The translations under genes and the position numbers were made by a program. Shown here piece by piece: positions 35,552 through 48,903 of a stretch of DNA of 64,000 nt (positions within the stretch are counted from its first letter, which is position 1; each line of letters begins with the position of its first letter). The notes beneath the pieces are model-generated. The model did no database searches. It had not been told where the DNA came from and saw nothing but the letters and a program-made list of their open reading frames with translations. Source of the DNA: Octopus vulgaris (lineage: Eukaryota); NCBI GenBank assembly GCA_951406725.2, contig OX597824.1, positions 98,890,001-98,954,000 on the forward strand. The letters are read 5' to 3'.

Positions 35552-36569
35552 TATATTTAAATATGTGTGTGATATGTATCTAGAAGAAAGAAAAGATCTG
35601 AAGGCAATAGATTCAAAACTATTTTTTCTCAACCTGGAAAACTAATCCAAGAAAAGCTACATGGTGTTCACATGTAGACACACACACACACACACATGTA
35701 TAGAGAGAGGATCATCAAATAGATATTACTCACGTAAATGGAAGCATAGAAATGCACCTAACTTGTAAATATGCACATTCTTTCATACAATCACACATTC
35801 ATGCAGGCATACACTTGCATAAACATGGATATGGACATGTATGCAGTACTTGTACACCCAGAAAATTAGTGCACACACACACATATATATATATACAGTT
35901 AAAAGTACATAAACTGTATATGTCTCAGCACTCATTTCTAAATCGGTTTTACCATTTGCAATATCTGGCTTATGGCTGGTGGAATTGATGCAGTTATGTA
36001 GGAGGATGTCACTGACAGAGAAATAGAGAAAGAAGATTAGCTGTAACTGCAGCGCACACTAGGAAGAGGTACCAAGAGATATATACACACCCACACACAC
36101 CCACGGATACATCACCTGACAATGCCTTGCCAATTATCAACAATTAATTCAATCAACTGCTTTTCTTCATTAAAAACAATCCCATTTTTTTTCTTTTTGT
36201 TGGAAATCACTTTCTTGTGAGAGGATGGGGAATCTGTGGGCAACTTTTAATCCCCACTTTTACTGTATACAAACACACAGACACTATGTGTGTGTATATA
36301 TATATATTTATAATCAAATAATGACCTTTGGTTTCTGCTCATTCAGGAATCTTCATCCTGATTATTCTGAAGATTCTTCACCAAGTTGTGACCACTGGTC
36401 ACTGCCAGTCACTGGACATTCCACTTATTACAGTAAATTTTTAAAATTGAATTGTATTAATTCTACCTTAGAGGTAGGAGTTAAGGGCTGAAACATTTGC
36501 CTGAAATGGGGCTTCTCTGAAGACCCTCTGCTGTTCTGCTCTCTAGACTTTCCTACCATCTCTCTTTCG

Positions 36570-36628
<59 letters not shown>

Positions 36629-37957
36629 ACGTTTATGAATGTGCCTCATTAATTTGTTAACCCACTGGCCAACAAAAAAGAAAAAAACCCACATTAGATA
36701 TTGTAATTAAATGTTGGTGTTTGCCCATAAGCAGCAATGTATGTCTGATGGTGAAGTTTCTTCAATTGCAACCGTGATGCTTATTAAAACTCCTTGGACA
36801 ATCACAAATGCAAAACTTACTCTTTCTCATCACAAATCCATTTATTGATTGATTCCTGCTTTACACTTGTTTTTCAAGTGGCAACTTCAATCAGGTTTTG
36901 GACTGAAAACCTTCCCATCCTTGTAACCAGGGTAAGACAACACAAATATCTCTTTGAGGAGGCTTTTTTTTTTGTTTGTTTCAAGCCATACTGATAATGT
37001 CTTGTCTGTCTGTCCGTCTTATTCTCTCTCTTTTTATATATGTGTTCATTTATGTGTATGTATGTGTGTATATATATATATCATGGTATTGACCAGACAA
37101 TTGGATGTTGTTATACACCACTGGTCACAATGCACTTCATCTCACTTTAGATTTTGAATGATGTCACCCCACTGGTTTTGGGAGCAAACCAATGTATATA
37201 TATATATATACATATATACACACACACATCACACAAACGTGTAATTTCTGTCCCTTTCCTTTCATCTGCTTTTTCCCCTTATTTGTCTCTCTCTCACTCT
37301 CGCTACACTCCACCCCCCACCCCCTCGTGATGAACAACGAATGTCTGAAATGTTAAAACCTAATTTGCCAAAGTTTGTTCATCTTGTGTTGACCTTTGTA
37401 ATATCCATATATCCACATATACACATTCACCAGTTTTATCCTGGTAAACATTGTAGCCATTAAAAATACACACACAAAGTTATATTCACTTTTAAACAAT
37501 AACAACAATGAATAATAATAACAACAATAATAATAATAAAAATGATAATTTGATATCAGAGTGCTTTGTCCTCCATTTCTGACTGGACCAGTCTTCTACT
37601 GTCTATTTTTGGTCAGTTGTGGATCCACCAAAGATCACGGGCTGGAAGAACTGACCCATAGTGAAATGGAATATTAAGGATTTTACTGTATTGTAATTAG
37701 AGGAAGATAGTGTTTTAGTTAATTAAACCCATTGATTTCTGGCTTGTATAATTTCATATTGTCTGTTGAAAGATTTGAACTTAAAAATAATTGTTTCTGT
37801 TTTTTGTTTCAACAGGAATAAATTCAGAATTACACACACACACACACACACACACTGATAGAGTTGATGGGATTAAAGGAATGTCAACCAGAGTTTGTCT
37901 CTTTTTGAGATTTCTTGTATGTATTAGGAGCCTGATCTGTCATTTTTACACCCCACA

Positions 37958-38001
<44 letters not shown>

Positions 38002-40653
38002 GAGACGAGAAAAAGATCTAAGATGTGACTAAGTACCATACTTACAGTCTAAATGTAGCAAACAAAAAGGGTTTTAGTGTTATAGGACCTAAGATTAGCT
38101 TAAGTCCTATGATTAAATATGTTCCAGCCATGAAGCATTCTGTCCTGTTGGGCATTGTGTATCTAGGACTACGTTATCCTATGTGCCTTTCCTTTTTCAA
38201 AATAATTGAATTTTGAGGAAGATTTGACTATTATTTTTAGCAGATCAGTTAAGCCCATAAAAACTCTGTTGGTTCATCTTTTATCTATGTTAGCTGGTAA
38301 CACAAACTCCCGCTTCAATTGAAATGTAGGAAGCGGGTGTTTGTGAGATTTTTTTTTCAATTTGATTTTATTTCAAAATATTTTCGTATTTTTCTTTTTC
38401 TATTTTATATTTTTTGTATTTTCTACATTTGCTGTCTTTTACTCCCCCCTCCCCAACATTCCAGAAATAAAAAAACATATTTTACACATTTCTTTGTTTT
38501 TATTATTTTAAAATTTCAAATGATGCTGTTATTGTTTGGCCACAGGTTAATCTTGATCCAGCAGAACTAGGTGCAAAACTGTTCTGACCATGGCCATTCC
38601 ATCTATATCTATCAAACTATTATCTAACGCATCCTTCCATCTTTAGGACAGTTGAGATTTGGCTCTTGTTTCTAGCAATATGATTAACTGCATAGAGACT
38701 CATTCAATTTGAAATATTTTGTTCTGGTTTAAAGATATTTTTTGTTTGTTTATTGTAAACATTTTGTACCAAAAACCTTGGCACTTTATTAGCACTGTCG
38801 CCCCCCCCTCTCATATTTCAACTGGGAAACAAGTGTTTGATCAAAGATCCAAAATAGCAACATTTTAAAGGAATTAATGGATGTAATTGTGAGGATAGTT
38901 CTGTTTTAGTGGAGAGAGCGAAGTGGTGAGAGGGGCCTTGTAAAGGGTCAGGGATGCTTCCCTGCCATCATTAAAAACCTGCTAAACTATGGTGTTTGTC
39001 TTTCAGAAAACTTCTCTTTGACATGTGCAGTATTAAAAAAAAACCCACATAGATATATTAGCAACAGACAAAAATAGTCTGGCAGCTGTGGTGGGGGTGG
39101 GTTTAATAGGTATTTCTTTGAACTTTGAACTTTGTCAGTAGCAAGGGTCCACATGTCAAGCAAAACATTGGTCACTGACTGATATAGTTAAACAGTGATT
39201 GAAAAGTCTCTGATGTTGCATTCAGCCAGCTGGCAGAATAAAAGTTTATTATCAGCAACAGAAACAATATGGTTCAAAATAGCAGCCTATGTATAATATT
39301 TAAAGTAGATACAATGTTGAAAGCTTGCTAAACTAGAAAGCATCTCGTATCGAGATGTATAGAGTTAAAAAACACAGAAATGTATCAGATGGAAACCTTG
39401 CAGCAATGACAGTGGCAAAGCTAAATATGCATTTCTGTTTCTTTGCACTTCATCAGTAGCAAATATTAACTCTAGCACCACAGCAATGTATGTCAGTTTA
39501 TCTATTTCTATCTGCATAACTATCTGTCTATATATGCTATCACTCTACCAATCTATGTATTTCTGTCCATCTAATTATCAGTCTCTCTCTCTCTTTCTCT
39601 CTCTCTGATTGACTGCTATATGTAAGATGTAGGATTTCCTTTTGACTCTTTCTCTCTCAGCTGCAACGTTTTGCAACCAAGTGTTCTTTAGGTTCAGTCC
39701 CGCTGCATGGCACATTGGGCAAGTGTCTTTCTACAGACCTGGGCCAACCAATTCCTTGTCAGTGGATTTGCGTCTACATGTGTCTTTTGCTCTTACTCTC
39801 CAATAACCAGTGTTGGTTTGTTTATATCCTTGTCAGCTAGCTGTTCAGCAGAAAGAGACCAATATTAATGACTTTAAAAAAGTGACTGGAGTCTTTATGA
39901 TCATTTTTCCCAGCATGGGAGCAATCCAATGACTAAAAGAAGCAAAAAAAAAAAAAGTATATATTTATATAAAATAAAATGTGTGTAAATACGTGTTGAA
40001 TGGAGTTTAGCTGTTAGAGTTGGTCTGAAAGTCTGCACTTGAAAGGTTCTCCATAAGTCAAGGCTGGGCAAAGTTTGTTTTTGTGAAAAACAGAGAAGGC
40101 AGCAGATGAAAAGAGTTGCCAACAATTTCTTGTGTTTGTTCCGATTCCCATTATACTGAGTTCAAAACCCTGCCAAGGGCAAATTTGCTAAATGTAAATC
40201 CCAATGCAGGATAGTGGATTATTGGAACTACTACAACATTGGACAGGATGTCTTCTCTTGGACATCATTGGTGTAGATAGGAAAATGTAGATAGAGGGGC
40301 ACGCAGAGCCTACAAAAGGTGCTTTCCAAGATATTCAGACTCTCTGTAAAGGCCATGTGTGTGTAGAGCAGAATCAGTTTGTGTTACTGAAGGTTTCAGA
40401 ATCACCCAAAGACACCCAAAGTGGAAGAAGAGTTCAGTTTCATTCGAACTGGCCAGACTACTACATTTTCAGTTGAATGTGTGAGCCAAACACAATGCAA
40501 GCCAGATGGAAATAATGTAACCCCCTTGTGTTACCTTTCATTCTGAACTGACTTCATTCTATTACTTGTAAACTATAATGATTGCTCTTTGCTTCCCCAT
40601 ATGAAATTTGCATACCTCTATGCATAGAAGGTTGTGCCTAGTTCTTTATGTAC

Positions 40654-40690
<37 letters not shown>

Positions 40691-40745
40691 CTTGTATATA
40701 AAGACGAGAAGACAGTGGTAAGATAAAGTTGTGGAGATGTTTCAC

Positions 40746-40751
40746 TTTATT
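40746..40751 (-). terminator. Candidate polyadenylation signal for NCKAP1
   Basis: AATAAA on the - strand about 2.3 kb after the stop, at the end of an AT-rich UTR-like tract. Other hexamers are possible. Confidence 0.35.
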
Positions 40752-41035
40752 TAAAAAATAAATAACAGAAATTAAGGAAAAACTTTAAACAAACAAAAAA
40801 GGTGCGAAACTGAACAAAAATTAATTAAAAACAAGGATGTCAAGAAAAAATTATTAATTTTAAACTTTAAATTAATTTTATTTCATCTTCTCAGCATTAT
40901 TATTATTGTTATTATCATTATTATTATTATCATGAGTTTTCTACTTGTTGAAAGTAAGAAATCAATATTATGTATCTTGGTGTAAAAGTAGAGTTGGTTA
41001 GATAAACATACACACACATATTTTACATAGTCAAA

Positions 41036-41072
<37 letters not shown>

Positions 41073-41159
41073 CAGCGGGAGCGTGTGTGTTTACTCACAG
41101 TAGTTGTACTTTCATGAAAAACACACACAAACACTAGACACTTTATACAGATTTTGTTC

Positions 41160-41167
41160 TGATGTAG

Positions 41168-41200
<33 letters not shown>

Positions 41201-41760
41201 GTATCTAATTTAAGCCCAAGGGCAGCAATTTTAAGGGGGAGAGGGTTAATTGATACCACCTCAGTACTTGACTTGTACTTTATTTCATTGCACCAGGAGG
41301 GATGAAAAGCAAAGCTGACTTTGGTGGGATTTGAACACAGAACGTAAAGAAGCAGAACAAATGTTGCAAAGCACTTGTTCCAATGCTCTAACAATTCTGC
41401 CAGCTTGCCACCTTAATAATAATATTAATAATAATAATAGTAGTAGTAGTAGTAGTAGTTTATTTGCCTCAGGGTAGATAAGGATTTCTTGGGTCGGCAT
41501 CAAGACCAGAAATTGTAAAGAGAGGATGTGGGGGTTGAGTGAATCAAGCCCCCAGTATAATACTGGTACTTTATTTTATTGATCTCAGAAGGACAAAAAG
41601 GCAAACTCAGCTGTAGCAGGACTTGAACCCAGAGTGTCAATGTGACCAAATTCTGCAGTTAATCCAGTCTAATGGTACTGCCAACCATGCTCTCATCATC
41701 ATAACATTAGCAATAATAATAATAATAATAATAATGATTTCTAACATAAGCACAAGGTCA
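41160..41760 (-). mobile_element. Cluster of older (TAA)n-tailed SINE-like repeats; related copies near 4215, 10400, 43420-43590, 49155-49730, 54620-54780 and 57120-57300
   Basis: Recurrent ggtactt..ttt..gaccc.gaaaggatgaaaggcaaagtc...atttgaactcag...ccagcttgcc motif bounded by (TAA)n. Confidence 0.7.
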
Positions 41761-42420
41761 GAAATTGAGAGCAGAAGAGAAAGGAGGAGGACAAAACAGT
41801 CAAGATGATAATAATAATAATAATAATATTTTTACCAAAGTAGATATCTAAGAAAAGACAGAGAAAGGAAAAAAGCTATAACTTGGTGAGAATGATACAA
41901 AATATAAAATATTAATTATAATAATTTTTAATTTGAGATGAAAATTATTTCAAGTAATTAATAATAATAATAACAATATTTGCCAATAGTGATAGAAAAT
42001 GGGGGTGGGGGAGATTCGAACTTAGAGAGGGAGGAGGGTGTCTTATCTCTCCTTTACATTCAGACATAAACTGAGTGTTTAGAATGAAAGATGTGGAAAG
42101 AAATAAAAAGATTGTGTATGTGTGTGTGTATATATACATACACACATACATGGATGTATATATATATATATTCACGCACACACTCCAGGATATGCATCAA
42201 GTACTCTTTATCTGTTTGTAATACTACTTTCAACGCACATTCAATATTACAGTTTGTCAATGATGGAACAGAGTACTCAATACATGGTAGAGAGTATAGC
42301 GCTTATTTAAACTGGATGCTTTTTCTTGGGACTTCATTTCACTGTTTGTCAGTTCTTGCTTCTGGTCCACAAGAGATGTGGATTGCCAGAAAAAGAATAT
42401 AGTTTAAATATATTTCACAT

Positions 42421-42427
<7 letters not shown>

Positions 42428-42495
<68 letters not shown>

Positions 42496-42571
42496 GTGTG
42501 TATATATATATATACACATGTGTGTATATATATATACATACATATATATATATATATACATATGTGTGTAT

Positions 42572-42608
<37 letters not shown>
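42428..42608. repeat. Compound (TA)n/(CATGTG) microsatellite in the presumed NCKAP1 3' UTR
   Basis: Direct observation. Confidence 0.97.
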
Positions 42609-42614
<6 letters not shown>

Positions 42615-43064
42615 GGAGATTCTGATAAAGATTTTGAGACTGACTGATAGAGAGGAAGAGAAGCAAAGAGGACAATTAATAACCATAAAGCAGGGATGAT
42701 GATGATGATGATGACGATGATGGTGATGATGATGATGTCAATGGTAATGATGGTAAGGGAAGAGGTGGGGGGGGGGAGATGGTGCAAGACCCTGTACTGT
42801 TGTTTTAAAGGGTTTCAAGTGTTGACGACCAACTGCTATAGCAGAACATCAGTCCTTCCGCTGCCCTCCTGCTAAACCTCAACTGTACAGGAGGAGGAGG
42901 AAAATGGAGGTGGAAGAGGGAAGAAAGAAGCAGAGAGAGAGAAGCATGAGTTGTAGTTGTACCCTCCAACTCCACCCCCAGACAAAAGGTGAAGCTTGGC
43001 CAGAGCTTTGGTATTGAGGACACGTAGTTAGGGGGTGGGGGGTCATGTTGTAGGTGATGGTCAC

Positions 43065-43178
43065 TCAGTGGTCAGCAGCTGACAGTTTGTAGACAGAATG
43101 GTAGGCATTACGGAGCAGAGCGTACGGGAAGCAAGACTCCAGCAGATCCATTGTGAGGAACGGGGACTCTTGGACTAT
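43065..43178 (-). CDS. NCKAP1: Nck-associated protein 1 (Nap1/Hem, WAVE regulatory complex), terminal exon [37 protein letters not shown]
   Basis: Acceptor tttctccctttcag|. The translation closely matches the conserved NCKAP1/Hem C-terminus as I recall it ([15 protein letters not shown]). TGA at 43067-43065. Confidence 0.96.
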   Translation of the reverse strand: MVQESPFLTMDLLESCFPYALLRNAYHSVYKLSAADH

Positions 43179-45114
43179 CTGAAAGGGAGAAACAGAAAGG
43201 GGACAGAATTAGTTGCAGCATTTTATGTTTCAGTTTGGAATATTCCAGAATGTAATCAAGATGCAAAGAATAAATATTGTCCGGTCAATGACCCTCAACA
43301 CAAATATAACAAAAGTATTTAGTTCTTCACTTCAACAACTCACCATCTTTAAGGAGCTCACACTAACATTAGGGGCTGTTTTTACCATAAATCAGTAAGA
43401 ATAGTTTTAGGGAGAGTAAACTAAGTCAATCCCATCAACCCCAGTACATGGCTGGTACTTTACCAACCCTAAAAGGATGAAAGGCAAAGTCGGCTTTGAC
43501 AGGATTTGAACTCAGAAAGTAAAAAGTCAGAAGAAATTCCATAAAGCATTTTGTCTGGCATTGCTAACAATTTGGCCAGCTTGCTGCCTTCATGGTGATA
43601 TTGCTTTGCCACCAGAATGATGGATGGGAGGAATAAGAACAATGAAAAAACAAATGTTTTACAGTGCATGGAGGAGCAATGAAGGAAGCCCCTACATTTA
43701 AAGTCCCTCTGAACACCAAGGGTCAGTGCTCACTGCAGCTGTTGTTGTCAGTCTTACAGTGGTCTTAATACCTTTCAACAACAACAACACATCCTTCTCT
43801 ACCACTGATAAAGATGCTGTCAAGCACAAAGTTTGTTTCTGACATTTCAGTGTTGCCAGCAGACCCCTTCCTGTCAAAAAACTCCACATTCAGAGTTGAA
43901 GTCAAGAATGGATTGTGAGACTGACAACAACCATTATAATAATGAGCTCTTTTACTGGTCACAAGGGCCTCAGGTGTTGAAGACAAAAGACAAATGCACA
44001 ACACAACAATAATGCTTAACAAGAAAAGCACCTGCCCAAAAGGTGAGAGGGAAACCTTTCAGGGCAAGGACTGAATCACTGTGCCATCCTTTTCTACTTT
44101 GTTTCCTCATTTAAAAATGCATTTTCAGGTTAAGCCCATTCAGCCTCTCCAGTCTTGCCACTCTCCATTGAGTGGTATTTGAAGAAGCTGGGCCAGACAG
44201 CAAGATGCCTGTTTACAAACATTTCAAATAAGTCAACCATAACACAGATTAAAGAACAAGTCTTGAAATAATCAGTCTCTCACATAATTTGGCACCAAAA
44301 ACCCACCAACCCCCCAGTTGTAGTTGGGGGTCAATAATAAAGACTAGTCTACTCTGGAAGAGGTGGAACAGGAATGTATGCTACAAAGATGTGCTGCATC
44401 AGTGGACACAGCCTTCATTTAGACATTCCACAAATTGTAATGATATCTATTAACTATGTAATAATTACATAATTATTATTATTATTAGGTTAAATACCTC
44501 TAAATAATTGAGACCAGTTCTTAAGTTTACAGTTAACCTCATCTTTGGAGGAGAAAGGTTTTATCTGCAATTGTTACAAAGGAGTCTTATTGCTGGATTC
44601 AAACCAGGGATCCTTATTGCTAAACTAAGTTATAATGTCTTTAATATGGTAGCATAGACACCTGATATGGTACACCTGATGATGGCAGGAGACTAAACTG
44701 ATTGAAACAGAATGTCCATGTAAGATGATGGTAAAAACTGTTGTCAGAGTTTAGAAATACAAAGTTCTTTGTTGAAATCTCGTCCAAAGACGTCTCCAGC
44801 AATAATGCAAAACAAAGTGAAGGATACATTCTAATGACAACATTAATTATAATTCTGATGATTTTGAGTTCTTAATTAGGTAAATGTTCCATTGTCACTT
44901 ATTAATTAGTCACAGAATACCACATTTATAATGAGTTAACTCCCGTTATATGGGACAATGTATGAAACATTAGTTTCATGTAAGAAGCTATTTTGGAAGA
45001 AATTGTTTACTGCAGAATTTGCAGTTTGTCTCTTAAGGAATTACAACATTCAGGAAAAATTTTACTTCTTCAAAGCAAAAACTCCAGCACAAAAAAAAAA
45101 AAAAATCTTCTGAC

Positions 45115-45204
45115 CTGGTCAAGCAGTAGATAGACCGAATCTCGGTTTTTGATAGCTTCCTTGTCTGTCTCTTGGCCAAGCCGTAACATTGAGGAAGAAG
45201 CAAG
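45115..45204 (-). CDS. NCKAP1: NCKAP1 exon [30 protein letters not shown]
   Basis: 90-nt phase 0/0 exon with CAG| acceptor and |GTCAGA donor. Matches the NCKAP1/Hem LASSSLLxxGQE...NRESxYLLLD motif. Confidence 0.96.
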
Positions 45205-45636
45205 CTGCAGAGAAAAAGATAATAAAAAATGTCTAAATTTGCATAATAACAATTAATTGCTTCAAATTTTGGCACCAAAGTTTGGATGACAATAACAGAA
45301 ATACCAGAATCTCTGGTGTTGCTGCGTTTGTACCATAGAATTAGATTTACTTTACACTTGAGTGTGTTTAAAAGAATATATATTTGTTTCACATAGATAT
45401 ATTGATATTAGATTATTGCATTTCTATTTAATTAGCCAAGTCCATTGCTGCTTTCCATTTGGTCCATTCCGATCATAAACTGCTGTTAAGGGTTGGAACT
45501 AATAAATAACGGAAGACAATCATTCTTCATTTGTTCCTTCCTGGTTGTTTAAAGATTATTTTGGCCATCGAGCTGGCAGAAATGTTGGACTGCCAGGTGA
45601 AACGCTTAATGCTATTTTGTCTCTCTTTATGGTTTA

Positions 45637-45801
45637 GGTGCAAGAGTGGCTGTGTGGTAAGTAGCTTGCTTACCAACCACATGGTTCTGGGTTCAGTCCC
45701 ACTGCGTGGCACCTTGGGCAAGTGTCTTCTTCTATAACCTTGGGCCAACCAAAGCCTTGTGAGTGAATTTGGTAGACGGAAACTGAAAGAAACCCGTTGT
45801 G

Positions 45802-45834
<33 letters not shown>

Positions 45835-46016
45835 ATGTCCCAACATTGCTTGACAATCGATGCTGGTGTGTCTACGTCCCCATAACTTAGCAGTTCGGCA
45901 AAAGAGACCGAGAGAATAAGTACTAGGCTTACAAAGAATAAGTTCTGGGGGCGATTTGCTTGAGTAAAGGTGGTGCTCCAGCATGGCCACAGTCAAAATG
46001 ACCGAAACAAGTAAAG
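45637..46016 (+). mobile_element. Full-length tRNA-derived SINE in an NCKAP1 intron
   Basis: Matches the 14095-14503 consensus. Confidence 0.92.
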
Positions 46017-46289
46017 GATCAAAAGGATCAGCTGCAGTTTGAGGTGATGGACGGAGGCAGCTTGCAAGAGTTTCTGGGTAAGGTTCTCCCTGTTTGGAGG
46101 GGGTCGGTTTCTGCAGTGGGAGGGGGGGGGGGTGATGTTTAGCTGAATTGCTGACACTTGACTAGGAATGGAACCGGACAGTTTCAGTTTGGGGTTGTGT
46201 ATGTGATTTGAAGGAAGAGGTAGAGGGACATTCTTGCTCACCAAAGAAGAGGATTTCAGTGACTCTAAAAAGTTGAGGGTGAAGTAAAT

Positions 46290-48705
46290 AAACACTTCTG
46301 GTGGGCTACATTCTTGCCAGAAAACAGGAAAGATGGCTGCTTATAAATGGCAAAACTTTCTCAAGAGAAGAATGCATACTTCGACATAGGTTATTCGTTA
46401 GTGATTTTGGAATCAGGGCTAAAAGGCTGCCAAGAAGATCCTCTGAATGGTCAGAGGTTTAGAGATATGTTACTTGAAGCATTTGACAAAAAAAAGAGGG
46501 GGATATAGTGACATATAACATGGAGGACAGCTGGAGGTTTCAACAGGACAACCTGCTGAGGGCTACCGACCAAATTTGTGGCTGGTGCAAAGTCCCTTTT
46601 CAACCTAAGATGACAGGGTAGTGGAACAGTGCAGTTGACAGGGCCATTAGAGAAAAGAAACAAACCTGGGAGGACTGGAAATGTGGTGGTAGCAGGGAAC
46701 TGTATCAGATAGCGAAAAGGGAAGATAGGAGACAGATATATTTAGTGAGGGGGAAAAGCAGAAAAGAAGTCTGCCAATGTTCTGCAATGTGATGACCAGA
46801 GACTTGACATGTTCGGATTCCATGACAGTGTGTGAGAGAAAATCGTGATGTCATAAGAGAGAAATTTGTCCACATGGATGATAGTCGCTTGCATTTAGTT
46901 GTTCTGCAAAGAAAGAGGCTGGGGAAATGCCATTATGAAACACTGCTAAATGTGTAGAATGCATGGAAGGAGGAGAGTCTGCCGAATGTAGACGCAACTG
47001 AGGGAGCAGCTATTTGAATCAACAGTAGCTTGGTAGAAAAAGCAATTAAAAACAGGGAAAGCCCCCGGCCCATCAGGAATCATTGCTGAGATGCTTAAAT
47101 ATCTAGCAGAGGAGGAGGCTATGGCCTAGTCACCTGTATAGTTAATCAGTTTATGCATGAGGGAGTCATACCCAGTGATTGGTGTAGCAGTCAACTGCTA
47201 CAAAGGCAAAGGTGTCATATTTATTATGGACATCCATAAACACGTTGATGAAATTGATCTTGCATCACAACATTCGGTTAAATATCTACCTCCTTATTCC
47301 CCAAGGTTTAATCCCGTTGAGGAAATATTCAACGAATTGAAATCTTTCGTGAAGCAGTATCTACTGAGTCTCTACAACTGACCAGAATATTTGCCCACGA
47401 CCATTCACAGAATGAAGATTTTAATAACAGCAATGTAATACAATGGATTCAATGTCTGCATCGAACAGGAAGGATTTGTGAAATATTTATGATTACAAGA
47501 GTTTTAAAATAAATCTAAATCGTTTTAAGTTTAGTTTTTTGTTTATTTTCATTATTCTCGTACTAAGATACTATTTTGTATGTTTGTTTAAACTTATAGG
47601 TGTCTAATTTTTAAATATTTAAGATTTCAACTGGTTTTGATATCAAAGGAACGAATTCAGTCAGAAAATACTGTAGTAAGTAGGAAAACAGGCAAATCAC
47701 AAGTCCTTTCTGGAAGATGGCCCTACTTGATAAGTAAGAAGGGTGTTGGTAGAAACTCCATATGTTGTACCCAGTGAAAGCTTTGGACACATAAGAGGTG
47801 TAGCAGTATCAAAGGAAGGCTAACGGAGAATATAGCCTTTGTGTGTGGCATATGTGCAGATGCAATAAGCACTAAAAATGCGCAGACAGTAGACCCCCTT
47901 AAATGTTCAGGGGAATCGTTAGAAATGGTAGATAGCTTCTGTTACCTAGGAAACCAAGTTAGCAGTGGCGGAGGAAGTTCTGAACATGTAGTTACTAGAA
48001 TAAGAATGGGTTGGGCAAAGTTGAGAGAGAGCTTCTACGTTTGTTAGTAAGTAAGGGCCTCTCCATCAGAGTGAAAGGCAGATTGTATGATGCCTGTGTA
48101 CATACAACTGTGACACATGGTCTTTGACTACAGAGGAGTTGTGAAGGCTTGAAAGAAATGAAGCTGTTCTCATGCTCTGCTGGATGGGTGATGTCAGTGT
48201 GCAGGCATGGCACAGTGTAAATGATTTAAGAGGAAAACTGGGAATAAGGGACATCAGAGAGAAGGAAGACAGCTTTGGTTTGGTCAGGTGATGTGTATGG
48301 ATGAGGAGAGCTGCATAAAAGAAGTGCCAAGCTCTAATTGTGGAGGGAACCTGTGTGAGGGGGGAGACCCAAAAAGACATGGGACAAAGTGGTGACAAAG
48401 GATCTTAGGATACTGGATCTCACTGAGGAGATGACAAGGGACCGGGAGATGTGGTGATTTGCTGTACCTGGATAAGACACATCAAGCCAGGTAAAATCGC
48501 TGTCTTCCACACACAGAGGCTTGTCGTTTCAGGTTCTGGTGCCACATAAAAGGCACTCGTGCCAGTGCTGCACGTGAAAAGCACCCAGCACACTCTGATA
48601 AGTGGTTGGCGTTAGGAAGGGCATCCAGCTGTAGAAAACCATGCCACAACAGACAATTTGAATCCAGACAACTCCTTGGCTGACCAACATTAGACGATGA
48701 TGATA
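46290..48705 (+). mobile_element. Decayed, internally deleted RTE LINE in an NCKAP1 intron (antisense)
   Basis: WNSAVDRAIREKK, RENRDVIREK, GKAPGPSGIIAEML, VNCYKGKG and VDSFCYLGNQVSSGGG segments, plus a 3' tail ending gatgatgat. Confidence 0.85.
47213..47660 (+). mobile_element. IS630/Tc1-family transposase C-terminal fragment nested in the RTE
   Basis: IFIMD...VKYLPPYSPRFNPVEEIFNELKSFVKQ (LPPYSPxxNPxE motif), directly abutting the RTE NCYKGKG segment. Confidence 0.75.
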
Positions 48706-48790
48706 ATATATATATATATATATTATCTCGGCCCTGAACATGGATATCAATTTCTCAATGGCGCAACAACGAAAAGAAGAAAATACTTAC

Positions 48791-48903
48791 AGCCAAAAAC
48801 TCTTTTAATCGTTCCTCCAAGTCTCCAGGACCATAAATGGTAAACATGGCACCAGCAAGAGCGTTGATGGCTTTGGCAAGACAATGGCTATTATTGAGGT
48901 GTC
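48791..48903 (-). CDS. NCKAP1: NCKAP1 exon (G)[37 protein letters not shown]
   Basis: 113 nt, phase 1/0, acceptor ttctctttaacag|, donor |GTAAGT. Conserved GHxNNxHC and EDRxKEFLA motifs. Confidence 0.96.
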
